From Acidimicrobiales bacterium (lineage in GTDB: Bacteria; Actinomycetota; Acidimicrobiia; Acidimicrobiales; JAJPHD01): a stretch of 64,000 bases of DNA. Below, piece after piece: positions 57,531-64,000 of this stretch. Each line of letters opens with the position of its first letter. Within the stretch, counting starts at the first letter, position 1. Location: NCBI GenBank assembly GCA_039583695.1, contig JAVKSL010000008.1, forward strand, positions 1,654 to 65,653, written 5' to 3'. The translations under genes were made by a program, and so were the position numbers. Under the pieces are notes generated by a model that ran no database searches, was not told the DNA's origin, and saw nothing but the letters and a program-made list of their open reading frames with translations.

Positions 57531-58609
57531 GCCCCGGTAGGCGCCCCGTCGGCGAACTCCTCCACCATGCGCTGCGCCACGTCGTCGTGGTACTGGACCG
57601 GCGGGGACTTCATGAAGTAAGCAGACGGGCCGAGCAACGGACCGCCGATACCCCGGTCGAGGGCGATCCGGGCGCAGCGGATCGCGTCGATGATCACTCC
57701 AGCCGAGTTGGGCGAGTCCCAGACCTCCAGCTTCAGCTCCAGATTGAGGGGCACGTCGCCAAAGTTGCGGCCCTCCAGGCGGATATAGGCCCACTTGCGG
57801 TCGTCGAGCCACGGAACATGGTCCGACGGGCCGATGTGGACGTCGTGCGCGGAGATGCCGTTCTCAATCTGGCTTGTCACCGACTGGGTCTTGGAGACCT
57901 TCTTGGACTCGAGGCGGGAGCGTTCCAGCATGTTCTTGAAGTCCATGTTGCCGCCCACGTTGAGCTGGTAGGTGCGATCCAGCGCCATTCCCCGGTCCTC
58001 GAAGAGCCTGGCCAGGATGCGGTGCACGATCGTGGCTCCCACCTGGCTCTTGATGTCGTCGCCTACTATCGGGATTCCCGCAGCACGGAAGCGCTCGGCC
58101 CAAGCCGGGTCGCTGGCGATGAAGACCGGGATCGCGTTCACGAATGCCACGCCGGCGCTCAGGCAGGCCTCGGCGTAATGACGCTGGGCAGCCTCGGATC
58201 CCACAGGCAGGTAGGCGACCAGCACCTCGGCGCCCGCCGAGGTCAGAGCAGCCGCCACGTCGACCGGCGCGGCGGGGGACTCCTCGATGGTCTCCCGGTA
58301 GTACTGGCCCAGCCCGTCGAGGGTGGGTCCCCGCTGCACCACGACGCCCAGGTTGCCCAGGGTCGCGAAGCGGATCGTGTTGTTGGGGGGGACAAGGACA
58401 GCCTTGCCCAGGTCCAGTCCGACCTTGGCTGCATCCACGTCAAAAGCTGCCACCACCTCCACGTCGCCCACGTGGTAGCCGCCCAGCACCACATGCATGA
58501 GACCGGGGACCACGTCATCGGGGTTGGCGTCCCGGTAGTACTCGATGCCCTGGAGGAGGGCACTTGCGCAGTTGCCCACGCCGGCGATGGCTACGCGGAT
58601 CTTGCTCAT
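57464..58609 (-). CDS. ino1: myo-inositol-1-phosphate synthase
   Basis: I trimmed ORF 57464..58885 to the ATG at 58607-58609 ([21 protein letters not shown]...). It reads [20 protein letters not shown] and YFMKSPP. Confidence 0.9.
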   Translation of the reverse strand: MSKIRVAIAGVGNCASALLQGIEYYRDANPDDVVPGLMHVVLGGYHVGDVEVVAAFDVDAAKVGLDLGKAVLVPPNNTIRFATLGNLGVVVQRGPTLDGLGQYYRETIEESPAAPVDVAAALTSAGAEVLVAYLPVGSEAAQRHYAEACLSAGVAFVNAIPVFIASDPAWAERFRAAGIPIVGDDIKSQVGATIVHRILARLFEDRGMALDRTYQLNVGGNMDFKNMLERSRLESKKVSKTQSVTSQIENGISAHDVHIGPSDHVPWLDDRKWAYIRLEGRNFGDVPLNLELKLEVWDSPNSAGVIIDAIRCARIALDRGIGGPLLGPSAYFMKSPPVQYHDDVAQRMVEEFADGAPTGAKGLAENNLGGGHSYSPDEDRI

Positions 58610-59325
58610 GTGCTTGCTACCTTTCGTGGGGTGGGCTCGGCAGGGTCGCCGGGCGATACGGTGGTGCGAGCTCGTTCGGCCTCGATGAGCCGATCGAGCC
58701 AGTCGATGTCGCCATCGAGGGACTCGGCGCCGTGCTCGGCGAGGGCCACGCGCCACGTGTCGGTGCTCTGGGTGAGGGCGCTGCGGGCGCGACGCTGGGT
58801 GAGCACAGCCCTGCGGCGTTCCAGGAGCGCAACGCGCGCCTCGGGCGACAGGTGCTGGGCGAAGGCCAGGCGCAGGGCGAAGCATCTGTCGTCCTCCGCC
58901 TCCCCGGCGGTGTTGTCGCCAGCCAGAAGGCGCTTGAACATGGCTTTTCCGACGTCGGTGATCGCGTACACCCGGCGCTGGCGGGTTGTACGGGCGCCTG
59001 CCACATAGCTGCTCCGCGCCCTGGCGGTGGCTCTGGTAGCCCGAAAGGCGGCCCGCTCGCCTGTGAGCGACCCGGTCATCGGGATCCGTCCCGGCTCCTC
59101 AGGGCCGGCACCTGACCGGCTGCCCGCTCCTACACCCCCGGGAGCGCCAGCCGGGGGGTTCAAGGCGACGACGGCCCCGCTTGCCTCCAAGCGAGCCAGC
59201 GCGGGGTACAGCGACCCAAACGACACGCTCACCAAGAAGCCCAGCGTCTCCCCCAGCCGCTTGCGCAGCTCGTAGCCGTGAAGCTCCTGCTCCTCCAGCA
59301 ATCCCAGTATGGCCAGCTCCAGCAC
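58606..59325 (-). CDS. PadR-family transcriptional regulator
   Basis: I trimmed ORF 58606..59655 to the GTG at 59323-59325 ([24 protein letters not shown]...[12 protein letters not shown]). It shares an ATGA overlap with ino1. Confidence 0.8.
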   Translation of the reverse strand: MLELAILGLLEEQELHGYELRKRLGETLGFLVSVSFGSLYPALARLEASGAVVALNPPAGAPGGVGAGSRSGAGPEEPGRIPMTGSLTGERAAFRATRATARARSSYVAGARTTRQRRVYAITDVGKAMFKRLLAGDNTAGEAEDDRCFALRLAFAQHLSPEARVALLERRRAVLTQRRARSALTQSTDTWRVALAEHGAESLDGDIDWLDRLIEAERARTTVSPGDPAEPTPRKVAST

Positions 59326-59348
59326 TCTTGCTCCGATGCGATGTATCG

Positions 59349-59364
59349 TGTCGATATATCGACA
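59349..59364. promoter_or_regulatory. perfect 16-bp AT-rich palindrome (TGTCGATATATCGACA), candidate PadR operator
   Basis: Read directly. It lies 24 nt upstream of the padR GTG, in the divergent padR/DUF5318 intergenic region. Confidence 0.45.
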
Positions 59365-59430
59365 GTGTAACAGGTTGTCGCTGCTTGTCCCACTTCGCTC
59401 CCTGCTGGCTCGTCGGGATAATCTGGAGGG

Positions 59431-59838
59431 GTGAGCTTCGGTCCAGCGTCGGTGCAAGGGGGCAGCAAAGGCTGCCTGCCGGGCCAGATCGACTACCGGC
59501 TGGCGCGCAACGCTGTTGTCCGAGAGTTCCGCCAGGGTCATCTGTCCAGGCTGGACGTGTGCGATGCCCACCCCGAGCTCCTTCGCGTCGCTCGGCACCT
59601 GGGTCAGCCGACCGCTGAGGACTGCCCGATCTGTGGCGACGGTGTGGTGGTCCACGTCTCGTTCGTGTTCGGGCCCCGCCTCCCCCCCGGCGGCCGGTGC
59701 GTGACCTCACCTGCGGAGCTGACCAAGCTTTCCAGGGGAGTCGCCCAGGTCGCTTGCTACGTGGTCGAGGTCTGCCCTGCCTGCTCGTGGAACCACCTGG
59801 CCCGGATGCAGGTGATGGGCGGCCGTCCCCGGGACTGA
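59431..59838 (+). CDS. DUF5318-like conserved actinobacterial protein
   Basis: The 135-aa ORF reads IDYRLARNAVVREF..G.LSRLDVCDAHPELLRVA...CPICG...YVVEVCPACSWNHL. Its position divergent from padR-ino1 is conserved. The family name is from memory. Confidence 0.7.
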   Translation: MSFGPASVQGGSKGCLPGQIDYRLARNAVVREFRQGHLSRLDVCDAHPELLRVARHLGQPTAEDCPICGDGVVVHVSFVFGPRLPPGGRCVTSPAELTKLSRGVAQVACYVVEVCPACSWNHLARMQVMGGRPRD

Positions 59839-59937
59839 GCGCCACCGGGTGGTCATTATCGCCAAAGGAACGAGCTCGACTAGCCTGATTGGCGCCGCCG
59901 GCAGCCAACCTGGCGCTGGACGGTAGGAGGCATTGCC

Positions 59938-60828
59938 ATGTCAGAGAAGCTGACCATCCCGGCCATACGGGGTCACAAAGGTGGAGTGCCCCTGGTCATG
60001 GTCACCGCCTACGACGCGCCCGGCGCCGCGATGGCCGATGCGGCCGGCGTGGACATCATCCTGGTCGGCGACTCGGTGGCGATGGCCGTGCTCGGCCGTG
60101 AGGACACCCTCAGCGTCACGGTCTCCGAGATGGCTCATCACGTGGCCGCGGTGCGCCGAGCCCGGCCAGCCTGCCCGGTGGTGGCCGACATGCCCTGGCT
60201 CAGCTACCACCTGAGCCCCACTGACACGGTCGTCAACGCCGCGGCGCTCATAAGGGCCGGGGCCCAGGCGGTCAAGCTCGAAGGCGGTCGGCACCGGCTC
60301 CCCATGATCGCGGCCCTGCTGAGCGCAGAGATCCAGGTGATGGGGCACCTGGGCCTGACACCGCAGTCGGTGCACGGCATGGGGGGATTCAAGGTCCAGG
60401 CGACCGCCCTCGAGGAGGCGGAGGCACTGGTGGAGGACGCAATCGCCCTGGCCGGCGCGGGCTGCTTTGCCCTGGTCCTAGAAGGCATACCGGACCGCCT
60501 GGCCGCCGTGGTCACTGACGCGGTCGGCGTGCCCACGGTCGGCATTGGCGCAGGCCCGCACTGTGACGGTCAGGTTCTGGTCCTTCACGACGTCCTGGGC
60601 TTAGCCGACCCGGCCAGAGTCGACCCGGCCACAGTCAAAGCCCATCCGCGTTTCGTTCGCCAGTACGCCGACCTGGCAGCTTCTGGCCGCGGCGCCCTGG
60701 GTGCCTGGGCGGCCGACGTGCGTTCGGGCTCCTTTCCCTCGCCGTCGGAAAGCTACCGGGCCGGTGAGGCCCTCGGTGCCTGGGCGGCCGCCCGCCTCGC
60801 ACTCGCCCCTGAAACGCGGCAAACTTAG
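59938..60828 (+). CDS. panB: 3-methyl-2-oxobutanoate hydroxymethyltransferase
   Basis: The 296-aa ORF reads LVMVTAYDAPGA, ILVGDSVAMAVLG, VKLEGG and GIGAGP.CDGQVLV. Confidence 0.9.
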   Translation: MSEKLTIPAIRGHKGGVPLVMVTAYDAPGAAMADAAGVDIILVGDSVAMAVLGREDTLSVTVSEMAHHVAAVRRARPACPVVADMPWLSYHLSPTDTVVNAAALIRAGAQAVKLEGGRHRLPMIAALLSAEIQVMGHLGLTPQSVHGMGGFKVQATALEEAEALVEDAIALAGAGCFALVLEGIPDRLAAVVTDAVGVPTVGIGAGPHCDGQVLVLHDVLGLADPARVDPATVKAHPRFVRQYADLAASGRGALGAWAADVRSGSFPSPSESYRAGEALGAWAAARLALAPETRQT

Positions 60829-60831
60829 ACC

Positions 60832-61137
60832 ATGCCGTCGGCGAACCCCGCCACTGCCCCTACTCGGAGAGACCTGCCCACTCCCCGCAGCGACCGGGAG
60901 GCCGACAGACCATGGGTGGTGATCGTGTGGAACGACCCGATCAACTTGATGTCGTACGTGACCTTCGTCTTCCAAAAGCTGTTCGGCTACAGCCGGGCGC
61001 ACGCCACCAAGCTGATGCTAGACGTGCACCAGCGGGGCCGGGCCGTCGTGTCGAGCGGCCCCCGAGAGCGCGCCGAGCTGGACGTGATGCGCCTGCACGA
61101 GCACGGCCTGTGGGCCACCATGGAGCACGACGTATGA
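60832..61137 (+). CDS. clpS: ATP-dependent Clp protease adaptor ClpS
   Basis: The 101-aa ORF reads [47 protein letters not shown]. Confidence 0.85.
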   Translation: MPSANPATAPTRRDLPTPRSDREADRPWVVIVWNDPINLMSYVTFVFQKLFGYSRAHATKLMLDVHQRGRAVVSSGPRERAELDVMRLHEHGLWATMEHDV

Positions 61138-61604
61138 TTCGCGCCCGCCGCCTCCGCCGGGGCCGGGACGGCAGCTGGCAGCTACGCCTTCCGGCCGCCG
61201 AGCGCGACCTCCTGCGCACGCTTCCGTCCCAGGTTCGCCAGCTAATCGAGGCCGGCGACGACAGCACCCGGCGCCTCTTCCCTCCGGCCTATGCCGACGA
61301 CGTCGCCGCCGAGTCCGAGTACCGCCAGATGGTCGGCAGATCCATCCTGGCGTCGCACACCGAGGCCCTGCGAATAATGGAGTCTACAGTCGACGCGGCC
61401 ATGCTCGACGACGAGGAGCTGAACGCCTGGCTCGGCGCCCTCAACGACCTTCGCCTGGTGCTTGGCACCCGCCTCGATGTGAGCGAAGAATTTGTCCCCC
61501 TGCCACCCGGCCACTCCCTCGCCCCGGCGATGGCGACCTACTCCTATCTGAGCATGCTGCAGGAGCAGGTAGTGATCGCGTTGGCTTCAGGTTTTGAAAA
61601 ATAG
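61134..61604 (+). CDS. DUF2017-like protein (conserved ClpS neighbour)
   Basis: The ATG at 61134 overlaps the clpS stop (ATGA). The sequence reads ...[17 protein letters not shown]...[10 protein letters not shown]...EYRQMVG...NDLRLVLG. The family name is from memory. Confidence 0.7.
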   Translation: MIRARRLRRGRDGSWQLRLPAAERDLLRTLPSQVRQLIEAGDDSTRRLFPPAYADDVAAESEYRQMVGRSILASHTEALRIMESTVDAAMLDDEELNAWLGALNDLRLVLGTRLDVSEEFVPLPPGHSLAPAMATYSYLSMLQEQVVIALASGFEK

Positions 61605-61633
61605 AGTCGGCTGCGCCGAGCACCCGAGCCCTC

Positions 61634-62449
61634 TTACCTCTTGAGCGGGTAGAAGTAGGCCCCCACTGTGCCTGGCCCGGTGTGAGCCCCCACACTCGGT
61701 CCGATGCGGTAGCGGATCAGGTCCACCACGTCGTCTTTGGTTCTCAGCCGGGCCTCCAGGGCCTGAGCCATGGCCTCGGTCCCCGGATCGGCGGTGCCGA
61801 TGGCGACACGAAGCGCAGGACCGCTGATGTGATCGGCCATTGCCCTTACTGCGGCTGCGAGGTCACTGACCTGGTCGAGCACGGTCATAGTTCCTCCGAT
61901 CATGGAGAGAACCGGGACGCCGGCCCCGGCGTGCGCGCTCGGGTCGAGGCGCCCGCCCCGGCTGGCCAGCTCGAGTCCGCCAACCACGAACACGTTCCCG
62001 GTGCTCGCACCCACGCTGGTCGCTACCCGGGCCGCATCCTCGATCTCGGCCCCGGCCCGGAGCGCTTGGGCAGCCTCCCAGATGGCGCAGGTGACCCCGA
62101 ACGACGCGGTGCCCGAGTCGATCACTGCTACCTTGACCGGCGCCTCCCTCGCCGCCAGGCGGGCGACCTCGACGGTCGAGGAGACCACCACGCTCACATG
62201 CACCGACAGGATCGCCGTTGCGCCCCGGTCGGCGAGCGCCTGATACGCGGTGAGGAACTGGCCCGGAGAAGGTGCAGCAGTGGTGATCCCGCTGGTGAAG
62301 CGAGCCCAGAAGCTGTCCGCGTCGATGTCCAGTCCCTCCTGGAAGGCCTCACCGTCGATGGTGACGGTGAGCGGAACCACCTCGATGTCGTAGCGCCGGG
62401 CCAGCTCGACGGCGATCTGGGAGCTCGAGTCGGTGCACAGCCCGATCAC
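61634..62449 (-). CDS. DegV-family fatty-acid-binding protein
   Basis: I trimmed ORF 61634..62920 to the GTG at 62447-62449 (VIGLCTDSSSQI...). It reads TAAPSPGQF, SVHVS...SSTV and GPSVGAHTGPG. Confidence 0.8.
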   Translation of the reverse strand: MIGLCTDSSSQIAVELARRYDIEVVPLTVTIDGEAFQEGLDIDADSFWARFTSGITTAAPSPGQFLTAYQALADRGATAILSVHVSVVVSSTVEVARLAAREAPVKVAVIDSGTASFGVTCAIWEAAQALRAGAEIEDAARVATSVGASTGNVFVVGGLELASRGGRLDPSAHAGAGVPVLSMIGGTMTVLDQVSDLAAAVRAMADHISGPALRVAIGTADPGTEAMAQALEARLRTKDDVVDLIRYRIGPSVGAHTGPGTVGAYFYPLKR

Positions 62450-63099
62450 TGGAAAGGGGTGCGGGGCGGGAAGCCCGCGGCTGGGATGGGTCGTAGCGCG
62501 GCCCAGAAGCGATACCAGATCACCGCGCTGGTCAGAGCGGCCGAGACTGGTAGGCCCGGTCCGGGCGGGGGCCCCCACAGGTTTGGCCAGCCCTTCTTCC
62601 ACCAAAGCGCCCCGCTGGCCACCCACAGCACCGACGAGATCACGGTGCCGGCAAAGGCCCGGTGGCGCCAATCGGGCTGGGAGGCGACCCACGCCACGGT
62701 CAGGTCCAGCGGAAAGTACGCCGGGAAGGTGGCCAGGCACTGCCCCGTGCTTGCCGCCACACCCTTGCCGCCCCGGAACCGGCTGGCTGCGGGGAAGCAG
62801 TGCCCGACAACCGCCGCGGTGCCCCCGACATGGGCCCCGTTGGGGCCGGCCAGGGCACGGCCCGTGGCACAGGCCAGTGCCCCCTTGGCTATGTCGGCCA
62901 TCAAGATCGCCCACCCCCACCCCTTGCCCAGCACCTCCATGGCGTTCACCGCGCCGGGGTTCTTTGATCCGGCCCGGCGCAGGTCCACGTCGCTGCCCCG
63001 GCGAGCCGCCCTGGTGGCCAGGTCTGCCGAGGGGAACCCACCCAGGACATAGCCCACGGCCGCCGCTCCGAACATCCGGGTCGCCCGGGTCGCCCGCAT
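62446..63099 (-). CDS. plsY: glycerol-3-phosphate acyltransferase PlsY
   Basis: The 217-aa ORF reads GSKNPGAVNAMEVLG and FRGGKGVAASTG. It shares a GTGA overlap with degV. Confidence 0.85.
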   Translation of the reverse strand: MRATRATRMFGAAAVGYVLGGFPSADLATRAARRGSDVDLRRAGSKNPGAVNAMEVLGKGWGWAILMADIAKGALACATGRALAGPNGAHVGGTAAVVGHCFPAASRFRGGKGVAASTGQCLATFPAYFPLDLTVAWVASQPDWRHRAFAGTVISSVLWVASGALWWKKGWPNLWGPPPGPGLPVSAALTSAVIWYRFWAALRPIPAAGFPPRTPFQ

Positions 63100-63287
63100 G
63101 GCCGTGACCTTATCTCTTACCCGAACCCGCGGGAACGTCCAGGCGTAGGCGCCACGCCGCCTTCCGGTCGAGATTGAGCCCGTATGATGTGCGCGATGCT
63201 GTCGGCATGGCAGGTTTGCGGTATGCCGAGGCCAGCAGGTCGCCTACCCAGGTTCGCGATCTCTCCGGCGCCGCATAGGGGCTGGTA

Positions 63288-64000
63288 ATGGCCCGCCTGC
63301 TGATAGTCGACGATGACCCGTCGCTGTTGCGGGTGCTGCGAATCGGGCTCGTTGCCCGGGGATACGACGTCGTGACCGCGCGAGACGGCGCGAGCGGCCT
63401 CACCCAGGCTACCATGACATCACCCGACGTGATAGTGCTCGACCTCGGCCTGCCGGACATCGATGGGCTGGAGGTGTGCAGGCGGATCCGCCAGTGGAGC
63501 GAGGTCCCCGTCGTGGTTCTTTCGGCTTTTGGTGCCGAGGACCGAAAGGTGGCAGCCCTGGACGGGGGCGCGGACGACTACATGACCAAGCCCTTCGGGA
63601 TGGCCGAGCTCGAGGCCCGGGTGCGGGTCGCTCTTCGCCACGTAACCGACCGTGCGGCGGGCGCCGACTCGATGAGCAGCGAGCTTCGGATCGGCTCCGT
63701 GGTCATCGATCTGGCGCGGCGCTCCGTGACCGTGGGTGACCAGGCCGTGGAACTCACCGCCAAGGAGTTCGAGCTGCTGAGCTTCCTGGCCCAGCACTCG
63801 GGGCAGGTATGCACGCACCGGGTCATCCTCGAGCGGGTGTGGGGTCCGGGTTACGGCACCGAGGTGCATTACCTGCGCGTCTACGTCAACCGGCTGCGGA
63901 CCAAGATCGGGGACGGCACGGGAAGACTGTTGCGGACCAGCCCCGGCGTCGGCTATCAACTCGAGGCCCCGCTCCCGGGGCCGCTCCCGGGGGGACCCAC
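63288..64000 (+). CDS. OmpR/PhoB-family response regulator (KdpE-like); the 3' end runs off the window
   Basis: My own translation from the ATG at 63288 reads MARLLIVDDDPSLLRVL...VIVLDLGLPDIDG...GADDYMTKPF...ELTAKEFELLSFLAQH...VHYLRVYVNRLRTKIGD...GVGYQL. There is no stop codon inside the window. Confidence 0.85.
   Translation, partial: MARLLIVDDDPSLLRVLRIGLVARGYDVVTARDGASGLTQATMTSPDVIVLDLGLPDIDGLEVCRRIRQWSEVPVVVLSAFGAEDRKVAALDGGADDYMTKPFGMAELEARVRVALRHVTDRAAGADSMSSELRIGSVVIDLARRSVTVGDQAVELTAKEFELLSFLAQHSGQVCTHRVILERVWGPGYGTEVHYLRVYVNRLRTKIGDGTGRLLRTSPGVGYQLEAPLPGPLPGGP

Noticed and set aside
57464-59655. N-terminal extensions of the ino1 (to 58885) and padR (to 59655) ORFs
   Set aside because: The extensions are Arg/Pro/His-rich and overlap the upstream gene or the operator region. 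The conserved N-termini begin at [14 protein letters not shown] and [10 protein letters not shown].

Overview
This is a clearly GC-rich, Actinobacteria-type chromosomal segment (GC not computed). I count about 65 protein genes, one tRNA, several gene relics and many short tandem repeats.

The backbone is core housekeeping synteny:
- def, an ECF sigma with a ZAS anti-sigma, and a zincin-like protease
- a tightly overlapping chain of TilS/Hpt, ftsH, folE, folP, a PTP-like gene, folB and folK
- glnE, nadE and a group-1/2 sigma factor followed by tRNA-Sec (selC)
- two trkA genes divergent from an APC permease
- a DtxR/MntR-family repressor coupled to the H+-pyrophosphatase gene
- topA, tmk, holB and cca
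- amt and glnB/K
- padR, ino1 and a DUF5318 gene
- panB, clpS with a DUF2017 gene, degV, plsY and a KdpE-like response regulator that runs off the 3' edge

Accessory-looking stretches:
- 1-9.1 kb: SDR, a transketolase relic, an Ldh_2 oxidoreductase, an IS110 relic, a split UxaA dehydratase, an aldehyde dehydrogenase, an IlvD/Edd dehydratase, a VOC protein, an amidase relic and an ABM protein
- 18.2-28.3 kb: an iron-permease fusion, MarR with a fused full-length ABC exporter, a CAP+CWB2 secreted protein, a P450 and an MFS transporter
- 34.5-40.4 kb: a HAD hydrolase, an LPFTG repeat protein, a sortase, an FN3 membrane protein and a STAS/RsbW pair

Things most worth a second look:
1. A protein-tyrosine-phosphatase-fold gene with a Cys-less P-loop sits between folP and folB and is translationally coupled on both sides. 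It is a candidate for the missing dihydroneopterin-phosphate dephosphorylation step.
2. A ~106-bp palindromic repeat element occurs in two near-identical copies plus one 34-nt mini copy. It has become the 5' or 3' coding end of flanking ORFs.
3. Tandem arrays whose unit length is 2 mod 3 duplicate ATGA stop/start junctions and create chains of mini-ORFs.
4. A sortase cluster pairs an LPFTG substrate with a membrane-anchored protein carrying a YPK pilin-like motif.
5. An orphan tRNA-Sec.

No CRISPR array, prophage or recognisable defence system was seen. All calls come from reading the sequence and the ORF track; no database search was run.
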